Below, one piece after another: positions 26,281 through 36,719 of a DNA stretch of 64,000 nt. The notes under the pieces are model-generated. The model did not search any database. It worked only from the letters and a program-made list of their open reading frames with translations, and was not told the DNA's origin. The stretch covers positions 336-64,335 of the forward strand of contig VMGD01000003.1 of NCBI GenBank assembly GCA_007376405.1. Reading direction: 5' to 3'. Position 1 is the stretch's first letter. Each line of letters opens with the position of its first letter. Made by a program: the position numbers and the translations under genes. The DNA comes from Microgenomates group bacterium Gr01-1014_7 (GTDB lineage: Bacteria > Patescibacteriota > Microgenomatia > Daviesbacterales > UBA10151).

Positions 26281-28446
26281 ATGAAACGCCTTGTTTTAAT
26301 TGATGGTAATGCTTTGCTGCATCGGGCTTATCATGCCACACCTCCTTTTACCACCTCAAAAGGGGAACTGGTTAATGCTGTTTATGGATTTTCTTCAATG
26401 ATTCTAAAGGTTTTAAGTGATCTTAAGCCTGATTTTATGGCTGTAACCTGGGATGAAAAGGGGCCTACATTCCGCCATCAGGTCTATACTCAGTATAAAG
26501 CCACCAGAGCGCAAACAGATGAGGCTTTAAGTAATCAGTACAAAAGAGTTCATGAGCTGATTAAAGCATTCAATGTACCGGAGTTTAGCTTAGCTGGATA
26601 CGAAGCAGATGATTTAATAGGAACACTGGCAATTCAAGCCTTGAAAACTCTGGGAGTGGAAGTAATTGTAGTAACCGGTGACCGAGATATTATGCAGCTT
26701 ATAAATGGGAAAGTTAAGGTTTTAATGCCTAAAAAAACTCTTGCTGATGTTGGACTTTACGGAGAAGAGGAATTTGCGGCCAAATATGGGTTTCCGCCCG
26801 GACAATTAGTAGACCTAAAAGGCTTGGCAGGAGATGCCTCTGATAATATTCCGGGAGTGTCAGGAATAGGGGAGGTTAGTGCTACCAAGCTGATACACCA
26901 GTTTGGGACCATAGAGCAAATTTTCAAACCGGAAAATCTAAAAACTCTGCCTGACAGAATGCAAAAGCTTCTAAGCGAGGGGGCAGAGGATGCTGTGATG
27001 AGCAAAAAGCTGGCTACTTTGGATTTGAATGCTCCGATAAACCTAAATTTGGAAAAATGTGCGATACATGATTTTGATAAAAATAGAGTAGTTTCGTTAT
27101 TTGAAGAACTGGAATTTAAGAGTCTAATAAATAGGATACAGGCCTTCGGCTCTGAGGTTCAGGCTCGAAGAGGTACAGGTGACAGTGGACAGGAAATTCC
27201 ACAAGCAAAACAAAATAAGCACACATCAGATTTAGATCAGGCTGTTGCTCCGATTCTTGAAAAAATGTCAAAACATGGAGTACTGGTTAATCTTAAGTTT
27301 TTAAGTAAACTTGGCAAGGAGTTGAAAAATAGGCTTACTAAACTTGAGAAAGAAATTTACTCGAAGATTGGGCATCAGTTTAATCTGAATAGTCCAAAGC
27401 AACTGCAAGTTGTACTATTTGATGAGCTAAACTTGCCGGTTATTAGAAAAACTAAAACTGGACGTTCCACTGATGAAGCCACTTTACATGAACTCTCAAG
27501 CGCTCATCCTTGTATCCCACTTCTTTTAGAGTATAGAGTGCTTTTTAAGCTGGTTTCGACCTACATTGATGCTCTGCCAAAGTCAGTGGGTTCTGACGGT
27601 AGGATTCATTCTACATTTAATGTTGAAGGGGCTGCCACCGGAAGATTGTCATCCAAAGATCCTAATTTACAAAATATTCCAATTAAAACCGAGCTTGGCG
27701 GAGAAATCAGAAAGGCATTTGTGGCGCCCAAAGGCAAAGCGTTACTGGCAGCGGATTATTCTCAAATTGAGCTTAGGATAATGGCGCATTTTTCGGATGA
27801 TCCTGCGCTAAAACTTTTCTTTGAGCAGGGCTTGGATATACACAGCGCCACAGCAGCTAAAATTTTTAAAGTGCCCATAGATCAAGTTACAAAAGAGCAG
27901 AGAATGGTGGGAAAAACCATGAATTTTGCCACTTTATATGGCCAGGGCCCTCATGCGCTGTCCCGGCAACTTAAGATTCCCTTTGAGCTTGCCCAGCAAT
28001 ATATTCTGGAGTATTTTGAACAATTTCCAAAAGTTAGGGAGTGGATGCAAAAAACTTTGGAATTTGGGATAGAAAAGGGATATGTTGAAACTTTGTGGGG
28101 CCGCCGCCGCTATATTCCGGAGCTTCAAGCAGGTAATAGGATGATTAAATCTGCCGGGGAGCGAGCAGCCATAAATCATCCTGTTCAAGGAACTGCAGCG
28201 GATATGATTAAAAAGGCAATGGTGGAAATAGATCAAGCGTTAACCGGACGCTTAACGCTTCACGGTTTACCCTGTCGAATGATTCTGCAAGTTCACGATG
28301 AGCTTTTATTTGAGTGTTCACCAAAGTCTGTGAAAGAAGTGGCCAAAATGGTCAAAGATAAAATGGAAAATGCCTTAAAGTTATCAGTTCCTGTTATAGT
28401 AGATCTCAAGATTGGCAATAACTGGGGAGAGATGAAGGCTTTGTGA
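26281..28446 (+). CDS. polA: DNA polymerase I (5'-3' exonuclease plus polymerase domains; appears to lack a 3'-5' proofreading domain, 721 aa)
   Basis: N-terminal FEN-like domain; polymerase motifs (RRxxKxxNFGxxYG-like KTMNFATLYG, QVHDELLFE). Confidence 0.85.
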   Translation: MKRLVLIDGNALLHRAYHATPPFTTSKGELVNAVYGFSSMILKVLSDLKPDFMAVTWDEKGPTFRHQVYTQYKATRAQTDEALSNQYKRVHELIKAFNVPEFSLAGYEADDLIGTLAIQALKTLGVEVIVVTGDRDIMQLINGKVKVLMPKKTLADVGLYGEEEFAAKYGFPPGQLVDLKGLAGDASDNIPGVSGIGEVSATKLIHQFGTIEQIFKPENLKTLPDRMQKLLSEGAEDAVMSKKLATLDLNAPINLNLEKCAIHDFDKNRVVSLFEELEFKSLINRIQAFGSEVQARRGTGDSGQEIPQAKQNKHTSDLDQAVAPILEKMSKHGVLVNLKFLSKLGKELKNRLTKLEKEIYSKIGHQFNLNSPKQLQVVLFDELNLPVIRKTKTGRSTDEATLHELSSAHPCIPLLLEYRVLFKLVSTYIDALPKSVGSDGRIHSTFNVEGAATGRLSSKDPNLQNIPIKTELGGEIRKAFVAPKGKALLAADYSQIELRIMAHFSDDPALKLFFEQGLDIHSATAAKIFKVPIDQVTKEQRMVGKTMNFATLYGQGPHALSRQLKIPFELAQQYILEYFEQFPKVREWMQKTLEFGIEKGYVETLWGRRRYIPELQAGNRMIKSAGERAAINHPVQGTAADMIKKAMVEIDQALTGRLTLHGLPCRMILQVHDELLFECSPKSVKEVAKMVKDKMENALKLSVPVIVDLKIGNNWGEMKAL

Positions 28447-28458
28447 TATACTTTCCTC

Positions 28459-29262
28459 ATGGCTAAGACTTTGGTTACCCATATTAATCCGCATCTGGAT
28501 GATATTTTGGGAATTTGGCTGTTTAGAAAATATCATCCTGGTTTTAAAGATGCCAATTTGGAATTCATCTCCGCATCCCGCGAAAATAATGAATCCGCAG
28601 ATAAAATTTACATAGGCACAGGAGGAGGGAAGTTTGATGAACATAAAGAAGGTTTGGCAACCTGCGCAGGATCACTCGTTTTTGAATATTTGAACCGGGA
28701 AGGGTTTATTCCTCAAGATCAAGTAATTCAAAAAGCTCTGGGAAGATTAGTGGAATGGAATAAACTGATAGATACCGGGCAGGCCCCTGATTCGGAGTTT
28801 GATGAATTCAGCGTTCAATCATTGATTAGGGTAAGGGATAATTCTCCCGATAGTTCAAAAAGAGCAGTTGAGTTGGGAGAAGAACTTCTAAGCAGGATAT
28901 TACAGGTGTTAAAAAGAAAACAACAGGCAATAACTGATTGGGAAAAAAGAGTGGAGTTTGAATCAAAGTTTGGAAAATCATATGCGGTTGTCTCTGAAAC
29001 CATCAACAGAGAATTTTGCCGGGAGCAGGATGGGGATTTGTTTTTAATGTATGATCCGCGCTACAAATCAGTCCAGTTTTTTGCACCAGTTAAAGATATT
29101 GCGGAAGTTTTTTCAAAAGTTAAAAGTTTAGACCCGCAAGCTTCCTGGTTTTTGCACCAATCCCACCATATGGTTATTTGCGGTTCATCTTCCGCCCCGG
29201 AATCAAAGCCTACCAGATTGACCCCTGAACAACTAATAGAGATAGCAAAGGGGGTGAGCTAG
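28459..29262 (+). CDS. UPF0160/MYG1-like metal-dependent hydrolase (tentative)
   Basis: N-terminal THINPHLDDILGIWL resembles the MYG1 His/Asp pattern. Confidence 0.3.
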   Translation: MAKTLVTHINPHLDDILGIWLFRKYHPGFKDANLEFISASRENNESADKIYIGTGGGKFDEHKEGLATCAGSLVFEYLNREGFIPQDQVIQKALGRLVEWNKLIDTGQAPDSEFDEFSVQSLIRVRDNSPDSSKRAVELGEELLSRILQVLKRKQQAITDWEKRVEFESKFGKSYAVVSETINREFCREQDGDLFLMYDPRYKSVQFFAPVKDIAEVFSKVKSLDPQASWFLHQSHHMVICGSSSAPESKPTRLTPEQLIEIAKGVS

Positions 29263-29264
29263 AA

Positions 29265-29429
29265 TGTGTTACAACTGCGGATGCGGGATGCCTGATGATG
29301 ATATGGGCGATCCAAAAAATATAACCAATAAAACCTTTGAAGAAGCAGCTAAAGCTTCCGGCCAAACAGTAGAACAGGCCAAAAAAGAAGCTTTGAAACT
29401 GCTTAAAAAGGAGTTGGGGGAAAGTTAAA
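29265..29429 (+). CDS. Small Cys-rich protein (MCYNCGCGMPDDDMGD...)
   Basis: 54-aa ORF not in the track; CxxCxC metal-binding-like N-terminus followed by a helical tail. Confidence 0.25.
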
Positions 29430-29477
29430 AGTTACTAGACTTGCAAAGATATCCTATAGAATGTATAATACTGGTTT

Positions 29478-30335
29478 ATGGAGACTTATCAGCCGGGAAA
29501 GTTACGCCCGGAAGTGGCAAATCCACAGCCTGCCAGTAAGGCTGAAGTTATTGCTACAGAATTATTAACCTTCCCGCGAATCTTTCGGGATAAAATCAAA
29601 GAGTGGAGAAAACCGCTGGCTGTCGGCGGAGCTGTGCTGACTATTACTGCCGTTTTGGCACTGGGTTACTGTAATTTACCCAAAAGCGCATCCAAAACGG
29701 AATTAGCAGTTACTCAATTGGGGCCGGAACAGGAAGTTCCTTATTTGGGTTTAACCAGGGAACAGTATTCTGATTACCAGAATTTATCTCCCGGTATGGT
29801 CGCAACTTTTGACGGAGGAGTGCTTGTAAATACTTCCAATGGTGTAACGCTTAGTGTTTTTAATAACAGGTTAAGTAAACTAAGTCACGATCCACGGATC
29901 GGTATTGGTGCGAAAGATGACATCTCCGTTGTAGTATACTTTTCGCCGTTCTCCGTATTTACCGGAGAGGCTTTGGAAAGAAGCAGTCAAATATGGCAGG
30001 ATCAAAAGGATCAAATTAGAGAGCGCTATGATTCCGATCAGAGAAAAACCACTAATCGTTTTTCAACCAATATTATATCCCTTAAGGATAGATTTATCAC
30101 CTATTTTATAGATAAAGATCCGTCTTTAAGGAGATCAGTCAGTGATTTTAGGGAACCCTTAAGCGAACTGCTGTCACTGGATTGGGCAGCGATCATGAGA
30201 AATCAGTTATCTGCTGAAAGAGGACAAGGTTCAGCTTCTTTAACTAAAGAGGCACAGGCAATTGTAATGAGGGAAATACCGATTCAAGTTTCAGCTATTG
30301 AACCGTCTGTTTTTCAGCAATTAGGCTTGGATTAA
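29478..30335 (+). CDS. Hypothetical membrane-anchored protein
   Basis: ORF plus one predicted TM segment. Confidence 0.25.
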   Translation: METYQPGKLRPEVANPQPASKAEVIATELLTFPRIFRDKIKEWRKPLAVGGAVLTITAVLALGYCNLPKSASKTELAVTQLGPEQEVPYLGLTREQYSDYQNLSPGMVATFDGGVLVNTSNGVTLSVFNNRLSKLSHDPRIGIGAKDDISVVVYFSPFSVFTGEALERSSQIWQDQKDQIRERYDSDQRKTTNRFSTNIISLKDRFITYFIDKDPSLRRSVSDFREPLSELLSLDWAAIMRNQLSAERGQGSASLTKEAQAIVMREIPIQVSAIEPSVFQQLGLD

Positions 30336-31189
30336 TTTTTATCTCTGGCTTTTGCCCAGCTTAATTTTCTTTGATCAGCCAACCATCTTTGGTAAGCATC
30401 TTTGATAGGCTTGGGCAGTTGTCGAAACAGATCTGCAAAGGGAATTTCAGTCATCTGCTCCGGCAATCTCGAATTGCGTTTCCTGGCTTGGCTCCATCGG
30501 TCTTCAGTTTCAACCACAAAGTCTCCAAAATTATCAGGATGATAAGTTGGGTCACTGGCGAATTTTTGGCCAAATAACCTGGCTAGAAAATCTTCTCTCA
30601 CAGGTACAACTTTTAAATAGTCAACTTCTACATCAAAATGGCCAACCAGTATTGTTTCTGCTGTGGATAAAAACCTCTCTTCACTTGATCTTAATTGATC
30701 TCTTTCAATTTGCAAAATGAATCTTTTTGACCGGAGTTCTTCAGAAGAATTTTGGAAATGTATTATTGCTTGCCTGTGGGTTTCCTCAGCTTGTGATTGT
30801 TCTGTACTAAGTGGTGCTAACCAGGGATGCTCGGGAAGTCCCCAAATCCTTCCCAAAACAGGCACACTGTGTAATCCAACCCTCAAATTACCAATTTCTA
30901 CAGCTAACATGCCTTTACTGCCATCTCTTCTGGCCCTGGCCATAAAATCTAAAGTTTTAGCTCTGCGGGCCGAAACGTCATCTATCCGGTCGTGAGCCTC
31001 GGTTACCTGCTGTTGTATAGAAGATTGAAGCTGATCTATTGCATCAGTATTAAAAGCCAAAAGACGATCTTGCCTCAAAATCACTGTTGCCTGTTTAGAA
31101 ATCTGCGGTCTTTGTTCTTCTGTCAGGACAGGTTGAAGTATTTTTTCTAGGATGACAACTTTTCCTGCCATTTCTTCCGGATTTATCAT
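30332..31189 (-). CDS. Hypothetical protein
   Basis: ORF only. Confidence 0.3.
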   Translation of the reverse strand: MINPEEMAGKVVILEKILQPVLTEEQRPQISKQATVILRQDRLLAFNTDAIDQLQSSIQQQVTEAHDRIDDVSARRAKTLDFMARARRDGSKGMLAVEIGNLRVGLHSVPVLGRIWGLPEHPWLAPLSTEQSQAEETHRQAIIHFQNSSEELRSKRFILQIERDQLRSSEERFLSTAETILVGHFDVEVDYLKVVPVREDFLARLFGQKFASDPTYHPDNFGDFVVETEDRWSQARKRNSRLPEQMTEIPFADLFRQLPKPIKDAYQRWLADQRKLSWAKARDKN

Positions 31190-31260
31190 AAATGAATTAT
31201 ACTTAATTTATACCCCATAGTCAAATGAAGATTAGTTTAGTATCTGTTACAATGTAGATT

Positions 31261-32403
31261 ATGAAAGTAGCTTTGGCTCATGATTTTTTAAGGGAATATG
31301 GTGGGGCAGAGCGGGTTTTGGAAGTACTCCATGAAATTTTTCCGGATGCTCCCGTGTATACCACCTATGCGAATTTGGATGCCATGGGGGAAAATGGTAA
31401 AAGGTTTAAAAGTTGGGATTTGAGGCCCTCGTGGTTTCAGAAGTTTCCCTTTGCCAATCAGTTGCTGTCTCCATTCCGTATATTTGCCCCGTTAATGTTT
31501 GAAAGCTTTGATTTATCCGAATATAATCTGGTAATTTCTTCCTCATCTGCTACACATTTGGCTAAATCAGTCATCACCAGGCCGGAAACGTTGCACATAA
31601 GTTACATTCATACCCCCCCGCGGTTTTTATATGGTTATACCACCTCTTTTAATTATAAAAAGAGATGGTGGACCAGGATTGGAGGGGAGATTATAAATCA
31701 CTTCATGAGAATTTATGATTTTGAGGTTTCCCAGAGGCCGGATATTTTAATAGCCAATTCTAAAAATGTGCAATCCCGGATTAAGAAATTTTATAGGAGA
31801 GATTCTGTAGTAATATATCCGCCGGTTGATCTAGAAAGTATTAAGTATAGAGTATTAGGTATTAAGGGTAAGAAAAAAGATTATTTCTTAGTTTTAAGCA
31901 GATTGACCAGAGGCAAAGGTGTGGATGTAATAATTGAGGCATGTGCTAGATTAGGTCTGCCTTTAAAGATAGCCGGAACAGGTCCGGAATTGAAAAGTTT
32001 AATGTTTAAAGTTAAAAGTGAAAATTTAAATAATATAGAATTTCTCGAATGGGTGTCGGATGAGGAAAGGATTAAACTTTTGCAGAATGCCAAGGCTTTG
32101 ATTGTGGCTTCCGAAGATGAGGATTTTGGCATTACCTCAATTGAGGCTCAAGCAACAGGAACCCCGGTTATTGCTCCCGCATCGGGAGGATTTTTGGAAA
32201 CTGTGATTGATCAAAAAACCGGTTTGTTGTATGATGGTTCGGGTCAAGTAACTGTAGAAAGTTTGGTTGAGGCTTTACAAAGCTTTGATTCACAGGAGTT
32301 TAAGATAGACGATTTGCTAAAAAACGCTGAAAAATTCTCTAAAGAAAGGTTTAAAAAAGAAATTTTGGATTTGGTTGATAAAAATTTAAAAAATTATGGT
32401 TAA
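31261..32403 (+). CDS. GT4-family glycosyltransferase
   Basis: EYGGAERV N-terminal motif; GT-B fold. Confidence 0.65.
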   Translation: MKVALAHDFLREYGGAERVLEVLHEIFPDAPVYTTYANLDAMGENGKRFKSWDLRPSWFQKFPFANQLLSPFRIFAPLMFESFDLSEYNLVISSSSATHLAKSVITRPETLHISYIHTPPRFLYGYTTSFNYKKRWWTRIGGEIINHFMRIYDFEVSQRPDILIANSKNVQSRIKKFYRRDSVVIYPPVDLESIKYRVLGIKGKKKDYFLVLSRLTRGKGVDVIIEACARLGLPLKIAGTGPELKSLMFKVKSENLNNIEFLEWVSDEERIKLLQNAKALIVASEDEDFGITSIEAQATGTPVIAPASGGFLETVIDQKTGLLYDGSGQVTVESLVEALQSFDSQEFKIDDLLKNAEKFSKERFKKEILDLVDKNLKNYG

Positions 32404-32408
32404 CTACT

Positions 32409-32993
32409 TCAGTGAGTTTTTGACAAAACATGCATTAAAGTTGACTGTTCTCTTTCAGGCAATAGAACTTCAATAGAATCAGTAAGCTCTATGGTGCCAG
32501 AATTCTTCATTCTATGTACTATCTCATCGCTTAGTAGTATATCAATTCTTCTCTGTCTGGCAACCTGGGCAATTTGTAAAGCTTTATTGACCGGAACTCC
32601 TACAGGACCATACTGAATTCGCTCCTTGCTGCCCACGTTTCCCACGAACACTCTACCAGTATCTATGCCAATACTGACAGCTAATGGATGCCTGGTTAAT
32701 TGGATAATTTCTCTTGCCGCATTTAATGCTCGTAAACTGTGATCGGGCTCGGGCTGTTGGGATGAATCAAACCACGCAACCAGTCCTCCTTCGTTTTGAA
32801 TATAATAGTTTATTTCCCCATCCTGCTTATGAATGATAGCAACCCGAGATGGATAAAATCCATTTAAAAAGTTGGTTTGGTCAGCGGGAGATAAGGTTGC
32901 AGTAAGTTCATCTATGTCCCTAAGGACAAGAGCCAGTACTGTTATTTCTGATATGTATCCATTGCCAGGTTTAAGTTCAATCTCTTGGAGCAT
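32409..32993 (-). CDS. Minimal class III nucleotidyl cyclase (CHD) domain protein
   Basis: GIDTGRVFVGNVGS and YGPVGVPVNKALQIAQVA cyclase motifs; only 194 aa. Confidence 0.5.
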   Translation of the reverse strand: MLQEIELKPGNGYISEITVLALVLRDIDELTATLSPADQTNFLNGFYPSRVAIIHKQDGEINYYIQNEGGLVAWFDSSQQPEPDHSLRALNAAREIIQLTRHPLAVSIGIDTGRVFVGNVGSKERIQYGPVGVPVNKALQIAQVARQRRIDILLSDEIVHRMKNSGTIELTDSIEVLLPEREQSTLMHVLSKTH

Positions 32994-33033
32994 AACACGT
33001 TTTATATAGCACTATTGAGCTAAAATGTCAAAG

Positions 33034-33062
33034 TTGACAAAAAAATAAAGGTAGGATAGTGT
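33034..33062 (+). promoter_or_regulatory. Promoter TTGACA, 17 bp spacer, TAGTGT
   Basis: Read directly from the sequence. Confidence 0.35.
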
Positions 33063-33074
33063 AGACTGCGCTTC

Positions 33075-34037
33075 ATGAATCAGATAAAAAAATATATAAC
33101 CCGGGCTACGGAGCTTACTGCTATTTCCGTTGCAAGACTTATTAAAGAGCATGGTTTTTCTCCAAACGATCTTTTAACAGAAGAAGAATCCATTAAAAGA
33201 GAAAGATTAATTGATCAGGCAGGAGCAGATGCCATGTATGTGGCACTTACCGATATCCCCTTTGTTTTGCGGGTGGTGGGTAGCGAAGGCAGAAAACATG
33301 TTCATCAATACGGGGAAGCTCTCCCTACTCTTCAGGGGACGTTTGGTTCTGGAGATTTAAAATTGGACTGTGTTAATGATGTGGTGGAGGGCAGTAAAGC
33401 TGCCAAGTTAAATACTCCCGGGGCAGTTTCCGTAATTGCGCTTTCTACACATAATGGTTTAATGGCAACACCCATTGATATAGATTACATGGATAAACTG
33501 TTTGGACCTCCACAGCTTGATGGCAGGATTTCCATGAAAAATACTGTTGAAGAAAACTTAGCAGAAGTAGTGGATGTATTTAAAGTAAATCCTTCTGAAA
33601 TTAATGTAGTAATTCTAGATAGGGAAAGGAATGCTCATTATATAAATGCCTGCCAAAAATTTGGAGTCAATTTAATCCTAATTAAAGCGGGGGATTTTCT
33701 TCCCTCGATATTATCTTTTATTAATCCGGATATTTCTGGAAAAGGAGTCCATTTAATAATGGGAAGTGGAGGATTTGAAGAAGGAGTGATGGCAGCTGTT
33801 GCGGGGAAAGTTTTAGGGGGAGCTTGCCAGGCACGGGGCTGGTCAGCAGATAAAGAGATTCAAAGCAGATACAGTAAAGTTTGGACAATAGATGATTTGG
33901 TTCCCGGTAAAATAAGAGACTGCCTGGTATCAATTTCCAGCATAACAAGAGATAATAAATGGTTTGATTTGCCCCCACTCTCTACCTTGACAGTGTCGGA
34001 AGATGGTGTAAAAATAGTTAAGACAATTCATCGTTAA
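33075..34037 (+). CDS. glpX: GlpX-like class II fructose-1,6-bisphosphatase (tentative)
   Basis: Colinear resemblance to the GlpX family (GSGGFEEGV); adjacent to the aldolase. Confidence 0.45.
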   Translation: MNQIKKYITRATELTAISVARLIKEHGFSPNDLLTEEESIKRERLIDQAGADAMYVALTDIPFVLRVVGSEGRKHVHQYGEALPTLQGTFGSGDLKLDCVNDVVEGSKAAKLNTPGAVSVIALSTHNGLMATPIDIDYMDKLFGPPQLDGRISMKNTVEENLAEVVDVFKVNPSEINVVILDRERNAHYINACQKFGVNLILIKAGDFLPSILSFINPDISGKGVHLIMGSGGFEEGVMAAVAGKVLGGACQARGWSADKEIQSRYSKVWTIDDLVPGKIRDCLVSISSITRDNKWFDLPPLSTLTVSEDGVKIVKTIHR

Positions 34038-35026
34038 TGGATATAAACATACTTAAACAAACAGTTCAAGCTTTACTTGCTCCCACAAAAGGAATCCTGG
34101 CTGCTGATGAAAGTTCCGGTACTATCAAAAAAAGATTCGAAAAAATTGGCTTGGAAAGTAGTCCTGATACTAACTTAGCCTACAGGAAAATGCTTTTTAC
34201 CACCCCGGGAATTGAAGAGTATCTTTCAGGAATAATTTTGTTTGATGAAACAATCAGACAAAGTATTGACGGGAAATCCGTTTCGGAATATCTAGAAAGT
34301 AAGGGTATTATTCCGGGGATAAAAGTAGATAAGGGTGCAGTTGATTTACCTAATTTTCCCGATGAGAAAATAACAGAAGGTCTGGACGGGCTTAAAGCCA
34401 GATTGGAAGAATATGCGGGAATGGGTGCCAAATTTGCCAAATGGAGAGCGGTAATCAAAATTGGTGAGGGAATTCCCACAGACACTTGTTTGTATTCAAA
34501 TGCAGAAGTTTTGGCAAGGTATGCAGCCATTACCCAAAATGCCGGATTGGTGCCGATAATTGAGCCTGAAGTTATCAGGGATGGATCACACGATCTTAAA
34601 AAAGACGCTGAAGTTACCGCGGAAGCTTTAAAAGCAGTTTTTGAAAGAATTGCTGCTCATAAAATTGCACTTGAAGGTTTAATCCTGAAAACTAACATGG
34701 TAACTGCTGGTGAGGATAACCCGAACCAGGCCAGCCCGGATGAAGTTGCCAAGGCAACTATAGATGCGTTTTTAGAGTCAGTACCGAAAGAGTTACCGGG
34801 GATTGTATTTTTATCCGGGGGGCAGCCTCCTGAGATGGCCACTGATAACTTAAATACAATAAGTAAAATTGGCGGACCATGGGAGCTAAGTTTCTCTTTT
34901 GCCAGAGCACTGCAGGGTGAGGCAATGGAATTATGGGCAGGTAAAGATGAAAATCTGGAGTCTGCTCAAAAAGCCTTTCTTGAGCGGGCCAAAAAAGTCT
35001 CCCTTGCCCGAGCGGGCAAACTATAA
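34037..35026 (+). CDS. Class I (Schiff-base) fructose-bisphosphate aldolase
   Basis: ILAADESSGTIKKRF... family pattern; about 330 aa. Confidence 0.75.
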   Translation: MDINILKQTVQALLAPTKGILAADESSGTIKKRFEKIGLESSPDTNLAYRKMLFTTPGIEEYLSGIILFDETIRQSIDGKSVSEYLESKGIIPGIKVDKGAVDLPNFPDEKITEGLDGLKARLEEYAGMGAKFAKWRAVIKIGEGIPTDTCLYSNAEVLARYAAITQNAGLVPIIEPEVIRDGSHDLKKDAEVTAEALKAVFERIAAHKIALEGLILKTNMVTAGEDNPNQASPDEVAKATIDAFLESVPKELPGIVFLSGGQPPEMATDNLNTISKIGGPWELSFSFARALQGEAMELWAGKDENLESAQKAFLERAKKVSLARAGKL

Positions 35027-35041
35027 TACAATTACGTTATT

Positions 35042-35236
35042 ATGATAAAAGCTAATCTTGCAAAGGTCTTAAAAGGTTATACTTCCGGATGGGTTTCTAT
35101 TTCTAAAGATTATAAAAAGGTCCTTGCTTCAGGTAAAACCTTAACTACCTTAATTAAGAAATTAGAAAAGATGGGTAGCCCGGATGGATATTTAATGAAA
35201 GCAGCAAAAGATTATTCCGGATATGTTGGCTCATGA
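35042..35236 (+). CDS. Small protein (64 aa) preceding a retropepsin-like protease (module copy B)
   Basis: ORF; overlaps the downstream gene by 4 nt. Confidence 0.3.
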   Translation: MIKANLAKVLKGYTSGWVSISKDYKKVLASGKTLTTLIKKLEKMGSPDGYLMKAAKDYSGYVGS

Positions 35237-35685
35237 AACCAATTCAATTGGCCTCACCAATTAAGGTTTGGTATAAGCCGCTCCCGCGATTTCCCAGAAT
35301 TTCCTGGCCTATTATAGATATTAGACTTTCTCATGGAAATAGAAGTTTACCTCAACCAGTTCTGGCACTGGTTGATTCCGGGGCAAGCTTTTCTATTTTA
35401 CATGTTGAAGTTGCCAAATTTTTAGGATTTGATTTAAAAAAGCTGGGTAAACCGCAACCAATAGGCATATCAGTCAGCGGTTCATATAGAACTTGGATTT
35501 TACCGGAACCTATTACCGTCAATATTTATGGATTTTCCTTTGAGTTTAATTTTTCAGTGATAGATAATCCCGGATTAATTTGGCCATGTATTTTAGGTGA
35601 AGATAGTATTTTCCAGGCCGCAAAACTTGATTTTCAAAGATTTAAAGGATATTTTGAAATCCGCTTTAGGCAGGATAGGAATTAG
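35233..35685 (+). CDS. Retropepsin-like (clan AA) aspartic protease
   Basis: LVDSGASFSIL active-site motif; LGEDSIF second motif. Confidence 0.45.
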   Translation: MKPIQLASPIKVWYKPLPRFPRISWPIIDIRLSHGNRSLPQPVLALVDSGASFSILHVEVAKFLGFDLKKLGKPQPIGISVSGSYRTWILPEPITVNIYGFSFEFNFSVIDNPGLIWPCILGEDSIFQAAKLDFQRFKGYFEIRFRQDRN

Positions 35686-35739
35686 TTATCTAAGATTTTT
35701 GCTTGATATTTAGAAGTCAGGTCTTTAAAATAAGAATAT

Positions 35740-36222
35740 ATGGCTGATCCAAATTCCCCGGAATTTAGTGAAACACCAACAGCAGATGCAGCAGAAGAAT
35801 TTTTGAGAAATGTAAGGGAAATTCACGCTATACAAAGAGCCAATAACACAATTGATCCCGAAGCAGCGAGAACTCAATGTAAGGAATTCGCTCAATTAAC
35901 TGAAGAAATCATGCAACAAGTTCAAAGCCTGCCTCCGGATGATTACCCCTTTGATACTAAGATTCCAGGCATTCAGGTTATAGAATTAGGAACGCAGCGA
36001 GCTATTGGGATTAATACCAAAGAAGCAACAATCCCTTTTAACCCTCTTCTTATAAGAGATCTTGTAATAATAGGAATTCCAAGTAGAGATTTACCATATT
36101 ATTCAGAGTGGGTTGTCCCGAAATATGTAATACAGGTAGAGCATAGAACAGAACCTGGGATGATCCCTCCTTTTCGGTCTACTCCAATTGAAGGAGATCC
36201 TCAATCTTATCTTGCCGGATAG
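35740..36222 (+). CDS. Hypothetical protein occupying the position of a BrnT N-terminus in a degenerate cassette
   Basis: ORF; promoter-like TTGATA/TAAAAT upstream. Confidence 0.25.
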   Translation: MADPNSPEFSETPTADAAEEFLRNVREIHAIQRANNTIDPEAARTQCKEFAQLTEEIMQQVQSLPPDDYPFDTKIPGIQVIELGTQRAIGINTKEATIPFNPLLIRDLVIIGIPSRDLPYYSEWVVPKYVIQVEHRTEPGMIPPFRSTPIEGDPQSYLAG

Positions 36223-36397
36223 AACACATTCGGGAGCAGAGGAGAGGTATTATGCTTTCGGTATTACTAACAGAGGACGTTATCTTCTAGTTTCCTTTAC
36301 CTTGAGGGGAAAACAGGAAGATCGGATTCGTCCTATTATGTCGCGGGAACAGACCAAAAAAGAGCGATTGTACTATCATAAAGAGAAAGCGAGGTGA
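36188..36397 (+). pseudogene. BrnT toxin C-terminal fragment (N-terminal FEWD...KH region missing; TTG start)
   Basis: HSGAEERYYAFGITNRGRYLLVSFTLRG...IRPIMSRE aligns to the C-terminal two thirds of the other BrnT copies. Confidence 0.4.
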
Positions 36398-36401
36398 ATA
36401 T

Positions 36402-36686
36402 ATGAAGAAAAAAATACGTAAAATACCAAGATTTAAAAATGAGGATGAGGAAAGGCAGTTTTGGTACACTCATTCACCGCTGGATTATCTTGATGATCTA
36501 AAACCTGTACAATTTGATTTTTCGGAGCTGAAACCGTCAACAAAAACCATCAGCATACGGTTGCCCCAATCTATGCTTGATCAGCTAAAAAGGCTGGCCA
36601 ATAAAAAAGATGTGCCCTATCAGTCATTACTGAAAATATTTTTGGGAGAAAAGATCAAAGAAGAAACAGTTGCAGTAAGCCCTTGA
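36402..36686 (+). CDS. brnA: BrnA-family antitoxin
   Basis: PRFKNEDEERQFWYTHSPLDY motif plus C-terminal RHH. Confidence 0.6.
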   Translation: MKKKIRKIPRFKNEDEERQFWYTHSPLDYLDDLKPVQFDFSELKPSTKTISIRLPQSMLDQLKRLANKKDVPYQSLLKIFLGEKIKEETVAVSP

Positions 36687-36719
36687 CAAGGTATTTAAAA
36701 AGGTTTTTGATTAAAGTAT

